Assembly: GCF_003704095.1 (NCBI RefSeq)
Contig: NW_020846475.1
Span: 62,001 to 126,000 of the forward strand
From: Pocillopora damicornis
Lineage: Eukaryota
Direction of reading: 5' to 3'
DNA length: 64,000 nt
In this document: in pieces, positions 14,401 through 26,725 of the stretch
How positions within the stretch are numbered: the stretch's first letter is position 1
Layout: every line of letters begins with the position of its first letter
The notes under the pieces: model-generated
Told to the model about the DNA's origin: nothing
The model's database searches: none
Seen by the model: the letters and a program-made list of their open reading frames with translations, nothing else
Translations under genes and position numbers: made by a program

Positions 14401-15327
14401 TGTTGGTGGGAGAGTATAACAGGGTAATTTAGTATTATTGACTGAGTTTATAACGTAAATTGGCCACCATAAAGAGTTTCAAAGCTGATGTTTGGGGTTC
14501 TGGCCCTTCATCAGGGAAACATCAATAAATATGCGACTCAGGATCAAAGGTCTGGGTTGTAGTTATTACTTGAGCTCTATGTTGTGTTGTTGGGTAAGAC
14601 AGTGACACTATCAGTGACTCACTACCCAGAGAGAAACTTGATAAAACACGGAGGGAAACTTGTAATTGGCCTTTCGTCGATTAAAGAGCGGTAGCGGTAA
14701 TCTTACTAGCTCCATGCCTTTGAGCTGCACTAGTCACTCTTGTGAGCAAACATTACACAGTCATGTTTAATTAAAAATCAAAACAATACCAAAGAGAAAC
14801 CGCCACAAATCACCTGTGTGTATAGTTTCGGTTATGTCGGCCAGCTGTCTTTGGCTTGAATGAATATCAGCGACCAGTTCCTGATCCATCTTCCATTCGT
14901 CTTGCAAACATGACCGAGAGGCCTTAGACATAAGAAGCACTAAAAGTCCTCGAGTTTGCGTCGTCTGGTTGTCGTCCGAAACGAAGCCTCGAGCCGTTCG
15001 AAGCATGGGGTGCTTGCTCATGGCGAACCTCTTCATATACATGGCAATGTTAGAGATCTCATCGTTCAACAGGTATCGTAAATTAAGGAATGAGGTCGGA
15101 TAGCCAACAATTTTCTCGGCATCCGAGAGAGCTCGGGTTAAATCGTCTTGTCTCGAAGACCAAAAGTGTCTCCTGATAGAAAGGTTTGAATTTTGCGACT
15201 GCCTTGATAGAGGCGCAATACTACGATACGTGATGAAACAGTTAGAGTTACAATAGCATCTAACTGAGCGAAAAGCGAAAAGAAATGAGTTTCTCCCTTT
15301 TGCGAAGTCGAACACGACTGCCGCCAT
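12526..15327 (-). CDS. PDSS2: Decaprenyl-diphosphate synthase subunit 2 (non-catalytic CoQ prenyl synthase subunit); 3' end lost in or beyond the assembly gap
   Basis: Exons 15327-14814, 13789-13449, and 12592 running into the gap. Motifs AEKIVGYPTSFLNLRYLLNDE, QTRGLLVLLMSKA, FGNKMAVLSGDFLLANAC and AFEFGKNIGFAHQL. The DDxxD motifs are degenerate (LVHTGIVD, HQLKKD) as expected for PDSS2. The N-terminus is Arg/Ser-rich, like a mitochondrial presequence. Confidence 0.88.
13118..13325. mobile_element. TTAA-flanked MITE (piggyBac-type target), family A
   Basis: Begins TTAACCCTTAACTCCCA. The internal sequence is homologous (reverse) to 23882-24086 and 28400-28526. Confidence 0.6.
14364..14516 (-). 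mobile_element. Degenerate copy of the hammerhead/Penelope repeat (PDSS2 intron 1)
   Basis: Homologous to 47577-47730 in reverse orientation. CTGATGA is kept but the GAAA box is mutated to CAAA. Confidence 0.65.
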
Positions 15328-16962
15328 CTTAAATCTTACGTAACCGCGCCGACTTTAAATTTGTCAGTGGTAGCTATCAAACGCATAAAGATACATCATT
15401 TAATTTTACCTTTTCATACTCTCAAATATTGTTAGAAACAAGGGTATTAGAGCAAAAAAGTCATTTCTTCGTCATCATTACTTAACCTTAAGTGACAATT
15501 CAGTATAAGCCTTGTAAGTTACTGCATAATCGCAAATCGTGAATTAAAGTATTTTTGAGCGAACGCTTAGAGACCTGCTTTGCAGAAGATGAGGCACCTC
15601 ATACCTGCCCCAGCTGTAACTTTCATTAAGTGCAGGTCGCTCTTGCCTTTTCATGACATACACCTTTTTTTACTGTTTACCTATCATAATGGGATGAATT
15701 AATTTTGTTTAATCAAGCAGTTTTCCATAAACAAAAGTAAATTACTAAATACATACAGACGGTAGAATTGAACGTTTTGAATGTTTTCTTACTTCGTACA
15801 AACTTTAGCGTCGTTTACATTGATGTTAAAAGGTCACCATGCGGCGACAGAAAGCGCATTTTGGAATCTTTATATCAGATGATGGGCAAGCGTGCATTTT
15901 TGTAATAATAATTCAATCAAGTATGAACATATTCTCCTGGTAAAATGTTCGCATTTTTGGTCAGAAAGATTTTGTTTTCTATTTTTCTACAGATCTTAAC
16001 TGGATTCACTCAGGTTTACAAGAACAATGAGCTCAAGAAAAAAAATGAAAAACTTTAGTTGCTGGCAAAACGGGATGTGGAGAGGAGGACACTCAACTAC
16101 TTGACCTTAGGAAGGTATGTGCCTCCAAATAAGATCAGTCAAAGAGCCTAATCGTCGTTCCTTCCCGATTCCAGCGAGAGAAGCAAGATTAGAGCAGTGG
16201 TCGATAACATGCTGAGACTATCTTAGTGTGGTGTACAATTTCACTTTTCAGCGTGTCAAAAATTGTGTCTTTCTTAGGGAAAAAGTTTTGAAATGGGAGT
16301 AACCTTTGCGGTAGATCACGTTTGGTATTAAAATTTGTTTTCAAATCCTATAATAAAGATTTTGTCGAAATACGCCAAATGTGGCATCCTGTGGTTTACA
16401 CAACATGTAGTCTTAGTCAGGGAGGCAAAATTTCTCAAACTTCTTATGACTGCTCACCACCGTCCGAGTCAAAGAGTGGTTGTCATTTTTGATAGAAGCG
16501 ACGCAATCCACAGATCACTGACACGTACTGACAGCTGCTCTGATGTATGTACAGAATAATGCGAACTCCTTAATTATCCGCCTATCGTGACTTATAATTA
16601 TGTGTTTACCAATCGGGACTTAATTTGCTAAGACGCTAATCGCGCGGAATCAATTTCTTACGCATTCATGCAGTAAGGAGTAATTATACAAAAGAGTGCT
16701 TGAACAGCGTTTGTCTCTCGGCAGGAGTGAAAATATCGGATTAATGCTTCTGCTTGATTTTGGTCGTTAACAGAGAAAACGTTACATCCAGGGCATCTGG
16801 GTGAGTCGTGCTTCTGATAAAGCGGCCGTAAACATTGGGAAGATTCGAAGAGAGTATCGAAAGTCAAAATGCGGAAAAGAATTCTTATTTATGTAGTCGT
16901 TAAACTGAATATCACGTAGATAACAATCAGTAACTTTAGCTCAGGAGTCCACCGACGAAAGA

Positions 16963-18357
16963 GTGAGCGACACTCATCGCCATAAAGCCATGTTGACACG
17001 ACAGCTCTCAAATAGTCGGAAGAAAACTGACCCGACGGAACTTGGAAGAAGGAGGTCCGGCGACGGAGGTGAAAAAGACTCGGGATCAATTATGCCTCAG
17101 AATGGTTTAAGTTGGTGTGGAAGGGGTTTTGATGAAGAAACAATGGCTAGTACACGAAACAGTGGTCAAAGGTTCTTTGAAAGCGACAGGGCCGTTGAAA
17201 TGATGACATTTCCACCCATGTCTCGGGTGAGCAAACATGGAGAATCAAATAATCGATTAATTTCCTCTTGTTCGTCTCATCGCAGTAATGCGGTGAAAAA
17301 TGGGGTAGATGAAAATACAGAACGTCTGTCGCATTTTCCCGCTCGCAGAGCAAGTTTCCAAGCTTCCATTCAAGGTTTATCTCTGTTGAAAATGCCGGAT
17401 CGTGAGATCACTCGAAATAGAAGTTTTTCAGACAGCCAGGCAGAGGATACAACGAGAATGACAGACAAGCAAAGGAGTAAACTAGAACGTTTGAAGCTAC
17501 AAATATTTGAAGATAACACTAAGAGAAAGTGGGGCCGAAAAGTAAGTGGAAACAAAGCAACTGATAGCACACACACTGATGTTACCGAGGAAACTAAACT
17601 TCCTGTTTTGATCGGGGAGTCAATGGAGCATCACTTGAGAAGTCACGAGACACCAATTATGGTTCTGAAACCTTTATCAATGTTTGCTTCTCGCTCAGAT
17701 TTGGAACCAACCGACAGAGGAACAACATTGCAAAATCAAAATTTCGGTAGGGATGCTGTTTTTAAACTGGCCCGACATGACAGCGCATCCGACAAATTTG
17801 ACGCTCCGTTGGATATGGACCCATTGACATCTACATATTATGAAAACCACCAAGTTTCTAAGCAGAACTCTAATGGACATGATTTTGAACTCTCGCCTCC
17901 ATCGGTCGCTGAAGAAGGTGACTTCGAGTCCATCACTGTTGTTATGGGACGGTTACGAACGCGATCTGAACCTGGCGACTTAGCGTCCCGAAAAGTATCG
18001 ATGGTGCATCAGCTTCAAACTCGTACCAGGTCGGAAAATAACGAATTAAAAACAAAAGTCCAGTCGTTTGTTAAGAAACCACTGCCAGCTTTACCACCCT
18101 CGACACTGCGCGTGAAGAAACAAATTATAAGCGAAGTCACTGGCCATTCAATTTCGGGAACACATGCTAACACTACCTCGTTGCCCCGTGAAAGAAGAGA
18201 AGGCACAGTCAATATTCACACCTGTCCCAATTTGAACATGTTTTCTGATCGTTCTTGGATGTACCAGGATATTTCTCGCAATAGGCATAGATACATTAGA
18301 GGGCCAGCCACACCCGTCCCACCCGTGGATTTCGTATTTCGCAAGGACAAATCTTGA
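16963..18357 (+). CDS. Uncharacterised, probably intrinsically disordered Ser/Arg/Thr-rich protein (long terminal exon; true start uncertain)
   Basis: 464-codon open frame preceded by an in-frame acceptor (tttag, 16935-16939). First ATG is at 16990. The body is low-complexity with a more ordered C-terminal motif (WMYQDISRNRHRYIRGPATPVPPVDFVF). Confidence 0.65.
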   Translation: MSDTHRHKAMLTRQLSNSRKKTDPTELGRRRSGDGGEKDSGSIMPQNGLSWCGRGFDEETMASTRNSGQRFFESDRAVEMMTFPPMSRVSKHGESNNRLISSCSSHRSNAVKNGVDENTERLSHFPARRASFQASIQGLSLLKMPDREITRNRSFSDSQAEDTTRMTDKQRSKLERLKLQIFEDNTKRKWGRKVSGNKATDSTHTDVTEETKLPVLIGESMEHHLRSHETPIMVLKPLSMFASRSDLEPTDRGTTLQNQNFGRDAVFKLARHDSASDKFDAPLDMDPLTSTYYENHQVSKQNSNGHDFELSPPSVAEEGDFESITVVMGRLRTRSEPGDLASRKVSMVHQLQTRTRSENNELKTKVQSFVKKPLPALPPSTLRVKKQIISEVTGHSISGTHANTTSLPRERREGTVNIHTCPNLNMFSDRSWMYQDISRNRHRYIRGPATPVPPVDFVFRKDKS

Positions 18358-18499
18358 ACGCCGCAGTTCTTATAATATATCATGCGTGAATAGGATCTTG
18401 TTGTCTTTAGATCATCATGTCAACAATGACATGTACAAAAGATCCCAAGCGAACAGAGTACTTAAAACTTTAAATCTGAACTAAACTGATTTATAGTGG

Positions 18500-18720
18500 A
18501 TAAAGGGGTAAATTTCTTAAAACTCTGTGGTTCTGCGTCGGGAGAGTATTAAGTTGATAACGTAAATTGGCCACCGTAATAAGTTTAAAAGCTGACGTTT
18601 CGAGCGTTAGCCCTTCGTCATTCGCTCTGAAGAAGGGCTAACGCTCGAAACGATAACTTTTTAACTCTTTACGGCGGCCAATTAACGTTATCAACTCAGT
18701 CGATAATGCTAAATTACCCC
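18500..18720. mobile_element. Inverted pair of the hammerhead/Penelope repeat
   Basis: About 69-bp inverted arms at 18552-18620 and 18628-18696 around a ttcgctc loop. Each arm contains gaagggctaacgctcgaaacg. Confidence 0.75.
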
Positions 18721-19630
18721 AATTTATAGTGGGACGACTGTTCAAAGGATATCCTCGAATTTCGGACAGAAACATTATTACACTAGAGAGAAATGCTAAT
18801 ACTCTTTCAGGCACAGAGGTGATATTGAGTCCTCGGGTAACTGAACGTGATTCTGGCGGCAGATGTCACGAAAAACTCGGTGACACTCGGACGTAAGTGA
18901 TCACGGAATTCCCCCGGGAGATGCCGCCACTCTTGGGCAGGGAGTTACAAGACCTTTCTTCGCACTTATATCTTTCACTTCAAGTTTGAAATTTTGCGAA
19001 CATATTCATTAGGAGCCCTATTACAGCAAACATCCATTTTAAAGAGGTAAAGGTGTTCAGAAGCCAACCCAAAATATTTAACTATTTATTCAGTGAGTAA
19101 TCAATCTCTAGATTTGGAACTCAAATGATGAAATATCTAATGTCTGTTCCGATCGCTACTACAAGATTACCTTGACAAGATTACCTATGTGCATACACAG
19201 AATACAAATGTAAAACGACGATACTGCTTGGGGCAGTAACCTCAGGGAGTTGATGAAATACTTCAGAATTCAACTGACTACGACATATAGTTTGCCTACA
19301 AGCGAACCATTGCAGATGAAACTGCAGCATTGTCGTAAATAAATTTACGAGAAACATTATTGACAATATGCCTCCGATGAATGGGTTTTTAAATGTGTAA
19401 TGCCCATAATATCTTGAGACATACTGAACAGGTACCTTTAGGGTCTATGTGTACATTCAAAATTATTGCGATAATACAGAAGAGACTTTAGTATAATTTT
19501 CTGGTTAAGAACGCATAGCTTTAGGGGTGCTCAGCAATTGTAGGGGTGCGCTACAATTCAAACAATTCTCTCCTACAAAAATGCTGAAAAAATAAATGCA
19601 TCATTCAATGAACAAAATGGACGTTTAGAT

Positions 19631-22600
19631 TTATTTGTTCCAAGAAGCTAAAAAGTTTAGAACATCTTCATTGTTATAACAGCTTACACACTTAGCATAA
19701 AAGTTCTTTTTTGCCGCTTCTCTCAGTTCAAACAAAAACCCATATTTGGACACGTTATGTCGGGTTCCACTGATTTCTGCTTTCTCATTGGTCCAAATCA
19801 CACTAAATCGAGGTTGACCTTTCACGTGATAGGCCTTAGCGTAAGATAACATCAATCCCTCCTTTGCCTGTTTGTGAAATTCAAACTGGTAATAATCTGG
19901 TTTCAAGTCAAATTCTGCAATGCATTCGCCATTCGCGACCTTTTCGTATAGAACTGAGACATGCAACCGGCCTTTGTATTCGGTCAAGCACTGTACAGTG
20001 AGGTTAAAACCACTTTTAAACATCACAGGCATATTTTTTCGATGCTGAGCCACGGTGAGATCCAAATCTAACGTCCACGACACCCCATTACCATCATTCG
20101 AAGTTAACAGCAGAGCGTAAAGTAGGTCGTTGTTATCAACGTAAGTTTCGATATGGACGGGCCGTAGACCAACAAGATTGTTCAGTCTTTCTCGGCAAGC
20201 ATCCTTTGTAAGTCCAATATAAATAGATATGGCTGAATTTAAATAAACGTTCTGGAAAAAAATCATATTGAAGTATAAAGCATTCGCAAATCTATAGGCG
20301 TTTAGCCATGTTAAATCAAATCCTCGACTCTTTACATCTTCGTACAATGGCCAGAAATCGTGTTTTGGCACCATTATTTTAATCAGTTGTCGTTTATCTT
20401 CCGTTGTGATACTGCTTGGAAATACACCGCTTAAACTTGGCTGCACTGATACACATAAAGTGCTACTCAAAGCGTACTTTACCAGTCCATCAAGATCGAG
20501 ATCTTTAGCCCAAGAATTGAACAACAGTGCCCAAGCGTACCCCTCGCAGTGTCGTGTCAAAACACCTGAGGTACCCTCCATCTGTCCACTGTGACCCCAA
20601 GTGCTTCCATTGTCCCGGATGTCGAGACCAAATCCGTACCATTCCTCTGTATCCTTCTCAAATGACGGCTTATCGAGCATTTTTTGGAAAGTTTCGTGTG
20701 AGATGATTCTTTTTCCATTAACACCCGATTCTAAGGAGAGGAGAAACTTTAACAGCTCAGAAGCAGTGGCGATCCAACCCCCGTGGGCGTCCGCTTCTTC
20801 CATGGTCCACCTTCCGTACTGTGGCGGTACTTTACAGCCGTCAGGAAATATCGACCTCACCATCCTGGGGTGACGATTGTGAAAATATTCCACCTGGAAA
20901 AACATGTGGAGAAAGGATTAAGTCAATATCTAGCAACCTGGTGAGTCTAAATTTTCCCAATCCGTCCAATAAAAGCTACCCACCCATTAAGGTAAAACTA
21001 CTGAGTATAGAACCATTTCAGTGAATCACAACAGTGCCAAACTATCATGCAGGGCTGTCAATGGGAGCCGGTAGCCGGCCAAAACCCCGAGCTAGTCTGA
21101 CGGTGATTTTCACCTCATCCTTCACCGAAGAAAAAATCTACAAATTACTGAAACATCAACGATGAAATTTGTGCGGCAGTCATTTCTTTGTTTTGAGCGG
21201 AATTGAAAGTACAATTTACCATCAAGAGGCTTATATGTGAGAATCAATCCCACGCTCAAAGGACACGCCTGACACTTTTGTGACTGAATAGTTCCTAGTT
21301 TTGCGTGTATCTGAGGAAATAAAAAAGCGGTAAGGATGACTAAGCACCACAATTGTTTTATTTGCCGTCTACTTTTAAGCTCAATGACGGCCCTAATTTC
21401 GTTAACCCTCGTTCTTCACGGACTTCCAACAGGGGGGACCTCAGTGGTCCTCTAGTCTTTAAGGCCGCTAACTAATTTGTAGTCCTGAATGGAAGCACCG
21501 CGGGAGCACAGTGTCCGGTGTAAGAGAGCAAATCAATGACCCAGCCGGGACTAGACCACGCAAAATTCTAACTGTGGGAGGTGGATGTGGGGAAGGTCGG
21601 GAATAATTTTATGAAAGTGGGAGGAATAAGATAAATCTACCTCCTCATCACTGAGTTCATTCTTGCGAGTTCTACCAATTTTCATTTGCTTTATTTCCAC
21701 GGCCTTCAAAAGAGTCGTCATAAATTCTTCATATCCTTGACCAGTCACTCTCTCAATGACTTGGCCCAAAATTGTATAACCAAGATTGGAATAGGCATGT
21801 CTTCTCCCTTCCAAGAAAAAAAATCAATTTAAAAATAAAACACAACAGAACAAAATAACATGCACAAATAGACAATCAAACAATGAAACAGGAATTAAGT
21901 TCAACACAATCACATGTATGTGACTGCAAAATGGTACACACTCAGATAACTATCTGTGATAAAAAGGATGAAGGAGTAAGGCAGCTTATCATACATGTGG
22001 ATAATATAGCTAAACCATAAATCATAGTTTTTCCTGCAGAATTCTGAATTAATTTGATCACAATTATTCATACCACTGATATTTCAGCATCTACAGCATT
22101 TTAAATTAATTAGGCATATACTTTGTAATGTCCAGTCACCTCATGAAAAGATCCAGTTCAGTGACTTTTCACTTGACTGTGTAAGAAGAAGCCCTCTCTT
22201 GTCAAAGAAAAGGGGAATAAAATGATTCTGATTTTTGTTATCAGGGGTGTTATAAGATATTGCTATTAGATAAGCACAAAATGACCCCATATCCATCCAA
22301 TTCAGTATTAATAACTCCCAACTAATACAGAAATGAGATGGAAGAGAGAGTAAAGTTCTACACTACTTCTTCTCCCTCATGCAGATGGCAGAGATACTAT
22401 GAGATGTGAACTATTTAAACTGGACTGAGTTTTAAATAATATACAATAACATGACACCAGTGTTTAAGCCACACCAATTTTCCAAAAATTTATATAACAA
22501 ATCAGGGGTATGGCATCTTGAAAATGTGCCACAAATTTGCATAAATTGACACTATCCATTAAAAATTTATAAAATATACAAGAAAATAAATTGATCTTTG

Positions 22601-24625
22601 CTTTTCCAAGTGTAGTGGCTCGTTAAAGAAACATTTTTGTTGATATACATAACCTCATCTTTCTTGCTACTGAGTGGCAGTAAACCTTCTTGGCCTTCCT
22701 TAAGCAGCTAAATACTACTTGGTAATAAATCTTTATTTTCATGAGGTAAAGAATTTAAGGCAACTTTCTTAAGACTCCTGATGTATTTTTCCATCTACTC
22801 CTTTTGATTTCTTTTCAAAAACTTTTAGTCCAAAGTTTGAGTTGTGAAACTCAGGGTGTGGCTTATCTGAAAGTGTGGCTTATACACCAGTGCTTATGGT
22901 AATTCCTCTACTACTCCATTGCGATTGTAATCACCTGGGGCAAACTGAAGTTTTCTTCCCATCATATACTGTATTAGTACACAAGGTGCCACAGGTTCAG
23001 CAACATTCATATGTTTTCCAACTTTCCAGAACACAGGGTCCCCAGCCCTGTCTCTGTCCCACCCAGCTGAATGATGAAGCAAGTGTTTCAGTGTGATGTC
23101 TAAGAGTCGAATATCACCAATATCTGTGGGATTGTGCTCCTTTAAAATTCCTTGAAAATAAATATAATCATAAAATATGTAAATATGAATATATTGCTTA
23201 TTTAGGAAAAATAAAGATGGATTAAAGATTTTATAGATTAAACAGTGATAGCACTAGCCATGATGCATTAAACAATCATTACTGAATTCAAGATTGTTTG
23301 CTGCATACTTGAAATTATTCAACAAAAAAGCGTCAAATCAAAATGCTGATAACACTCCAGAATGTAAATGGAGATCAAACTATACTTTAAACTGATTCAC
23401 AGTTTTCCTCAAACCAACAAAAAGGAGATTACCCTTTGGACCAAACACTTTATCCTCCAGAGACAATTTCCCTTCTTCAACAAGTCTCATAACACCAACA
23501 GCAGTAATTGTTTTGCTGATACTAGCAATTCTGAACATTAACTCTGGTTGCACTTTCCTTCCTGCACCTGCACAGCCATAGCCTAATAATGAAAAAGTCA
23601 AAAGGGGCCTGAATAGGACTGTACACATTCAACAGACTGTTGCAATTCTTTTTCTTTCTGGTCTACCCTGAGAATTTAGTTTTACCCATCATTGTTTGCA
23701 TTTGAGAAAAAATTCAGTGGAGCATCCCTTCAAATCCTTTGCCCTCCTTAATAAAACCTGTTTCTTTGGTGCCCAACCTGATTACAATACCAAGCTTCAA
23801 CCCTTTACAACCCGACTATAGTGTGTACATTCTCCATACTGTTCTGTATACATTTTCTGAAGTTATGAAAAGGAGAATTGTTTGATCCTTTCACTCCCAA
23901 GATCTCATTAGTAATTCTCCTTACTGTCTACCATACAATTTCTATGACATTAGTTCTGAGAATTTTGTATTGGATCAACTAATAATCTCCTTATTGGTCT
24001 TTTCCTTATACTCATCACTTTTCTATTTGACATACTAATGAGAAATTTGGATTTGTTCACTTAATTATAAGAGTTACAGGGGTTAACAATCAAGAGCTTC
24101 CTTCCTTCCCTTTTGACTAGGGGATGAAATTGTTAGCAGAAAATGGATGCTGGCCAGTCTTAGGGGTTACAGTATTAACCTTCTACCTAATGGTAAATCT
24201 AATCTTAGGCCTTGTTTGCACAGGATGTGGAAAAAAAGGAAAATTTGGCAAAGAATCTTTAATATTCATTTTATCTCAGATGAGAGACAAGCAACAATTT
24301 TCACTCCAATTCTGAAGGGCAAGCTGGATTTCAATTTCAAAGCTTTCTTTTCCTACAAGTATGTTGATTTAATTCCCATTTGTAGAATACAAAAATTGTT
24401 TGAAAAGGTTAACATGTCTCTTTCCAGTTTGTATTTACCTTGACAGTATATCAGTTCTTCACCTCTACTTATTGCCACACTAGCCCCAGGAATATCTTGT
24501 TCTTTCATGAAATCCAGGATAATTCCATCTAATGCTTGCATTTGCTCTGATATCAATCCATTGGCTCTTGGGGATTCTAAGAAATCAAAAGTCAAAGTCT
24601 GTACAGTAATGGAGTGACTTGTCAT
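19631..24625 (-). CDS. Beta-lactamase/PBP-fold (class C / peptidase S12-like) serine hydrolase with C-terminal BTRD1/polyglycine-hydrolase-like repeats (~660 aa, 5 coding exons)
   Basis: Exons 24625-24439, 23582-23433, 23150-22935, 21807-21641, 20893-19631 are in frame (1983 nt). Motifs IPGASVAI, FRIASISK (SxxK), LLHHSAG, FAPG-YSNLGY (YxN), GGWIATASEL and WGHSG (HxG). The C-terminal ~50-aa repeats read like YQFEFHKQAKEGLMLSYAKAYHVKGQPRFSVIW. Confidence 0.85.
23797..24105. mobile_element. Nested MITEs: family A (23882-24086) inserted into the TTAA of a family B copy
   Basis: The uninterrupted family B copy (24715-24893, reverse) reads ggagaatttgtTTAAcaatc. Here that site is split into ggagaattgtTTGA[insert]TTAAcaatcaagagc. 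Confidence 0.7.
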
Positions 24626-24714
24626 TTCAGGGTGTATCCTGGTTACAGTGGCAAGGAATGACTGGGTGTATTGGCTACTCCTACTAATCATTTGACCCCT
24701 AGGAATGGCCAGCA

Positions 24715-24893
24715 TATAATTTCTCCTTACAATATCACACTGAATCACACTTTAAAGTCATGAGAATAAAAGAAATGATCTCCAGCTGATGAAGCTCATG
24801 ATTGTTAAACAAATTCTCCTAGTCAGCATCTCAGGAAATGTATAAAGTAAAGTATGAAGAATATGCATACTGGATGTTAGGGTGTAAAGGGTT
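24715..24893. mobile_element. MITE family B (uninterrupted copy)
   Basis: Ends ttagggtgtaaagggtt and is homologous to the outer element at 23797-24105. Confidence 0.6.
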
Positions 24894-26023
24894 ACCACTC
24901 CTGCAAGGATGAAGCCATGAATTTAGGGATCAGGAAATCATATGAGGGTTTACCTCCTAATATTGAGGTCTGGGATCAATTGCTTTATTTTTCTTTAATA
25001 TCTTTAGTCCTTTATGCTCTTTCATTTGTTTTGTTTTTGGGGGTTTTAATCACGTTTGTTTTTTGTTCTTCTGTTTTATACCAATTAATTTGTAGCTGTT
25101 GTCATCATTCTTGTCTTTTTGGTTTCTTTTTTATTATTATTCTCCAGTAATTAACATGTAATGACTCTGAATATTTTATTTTCTGCATTCTGTTCTTTAC
25201 TCTCACAAGTATAGTTATAGTCTGCAAAGTGTGACAGGTGCACACATGACCCTGTTTTTTGATCACACTCATTGCAGCTGCTAGATTCAATGCAAAAGGT
25301 GGCATTGTCTGGTAATCATGCACACATGAGGTCTAGATCCAGACAGTCAATCGTTTGAGTAACACACCGCAAACATGGCTTAAAATCGCTCTGGAAGCAA
25401 GCAAGATCTTGACAAGTTCTGTAATAATCTACAGGTTGCGTAAATCCAGCTGTCAATAAGAGCTGGCTAATATTCCAGGGCGTACATACCACACGAAATC
25501 CAGTAGTTATGATCACTGAGGAAGCTAACTTGACGAGGCTCTGCTTGAAAATCCATCTATACAAAAGAAACATTGCAAAAATCATTTTGTGTGGGGAATG
25601 ATTTCACAAGGTGACTAATGGCAGAGCCGTGATCTCGACACGATTTGTTTGATTCCGGACTCTAACAGCTCTACAGCTGATTCATTTGTGGTTGGTTCGA
25701 CAGTTTGGTCTGTTTAGTATGTTAACGTACAAGTTACTTGCTATTAGATAGATGACACAGTCGTTTCTTGAAAGAAAACAATAACCAACACTATAAGTCC
25801 CTTCTGGGACTAATGCTTTGTTTTACAAATAAATCGTACGACTAGCTGTTTGCTTACTTTCTTTGTAAAAAGTTGCCTTTGTTAGGATAGTGATACTGTT
25901 TGAAATCACCTTTACATATAGCTACCGTTATTAAACTTAAATAATTCTGTCTAAACATACCAGTGGGTGTGATGGGATTAATTTTTAAGCCTTGTAAGAC
26001 AACTTGGCTTTTCACATCATCCT

Positions 26024-26034
26024 GCCGCCATTTT
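26024..26034 (-). promoter_or_regulatory. YY1-like AAAATGGCGGC motif, probable TSS region of the beta-lactamase-like gene
   Basis: Exact motif in a CpG-retaining stretch. The equivalent AAGATGGCGGC overlaps the PDSS2 ATG (15320-15330). Confidence 0.4.
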
Positions 26035-26725
26035 GGCGATCTCTTTTTCTCGTCCCCAGAGCCACACGTTTTGACTAATCGTGATCAGGGACTCGGGGAA
26101 CGGGAATGTTCTTTCAAAGTTTGCACATGCACAGTCGTTTGATCGATGTTTCAGACTGTAGCTGAGACAAGAGCAACGGAGCTCGCGAAGTTTGAGCTGG
26201 CGAGTTAAGAGAAAATGCTAGAGGTCTACAAATGGTCTGGCGTAAGAGGAAAGAAAGATTGAAGGATAGAGGTAGCTACGCTTCGTGTGACATTCGTATG
26301 TTCTTCGTTCAGCCAAGCTTTTGAACTTACAAATTAGACTTTCGCTGTCAAAACCTTTGAGTCCCCCTGATCAACTGTAAGAAACGCAAAATAATGGCTT
26401 AAAGACTTTACTGCGGTCTGAGACTCTATTAATGAGGATTAATAACAACAGACAATTCATCATCGTAAGAATTTATTTATAACAACATAATCACGCGATT
26501 TTTCAAGTCCTCTGATTCTGGGGCACTTCTGGGGGAGCTGCATATGAACAGCTTAAGGTAGAAAAAGTACACTAACTTATATTATCCCACATTTTGGTTA
26601 TATAACGTTTGTATCACGAATTTAGGGGTCTTCTACCGTTGATGAACGTGCTTGAAACTCAGCATGCTCTACGGGAAACAAGCACATCACTCTTTGCCTT
26701 TTTTGGCAGTTAGTTTTCTGACGAA

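Noticed and set aside
19631-24625. Bacterial contamination or an antibiotic-resistance gene
   Set aside because: Four frame-consistent GT-AG introns, host repeats in the introns and animal flanking genes show it is a host gene. True beta-lactamase activity is not demonstrated.
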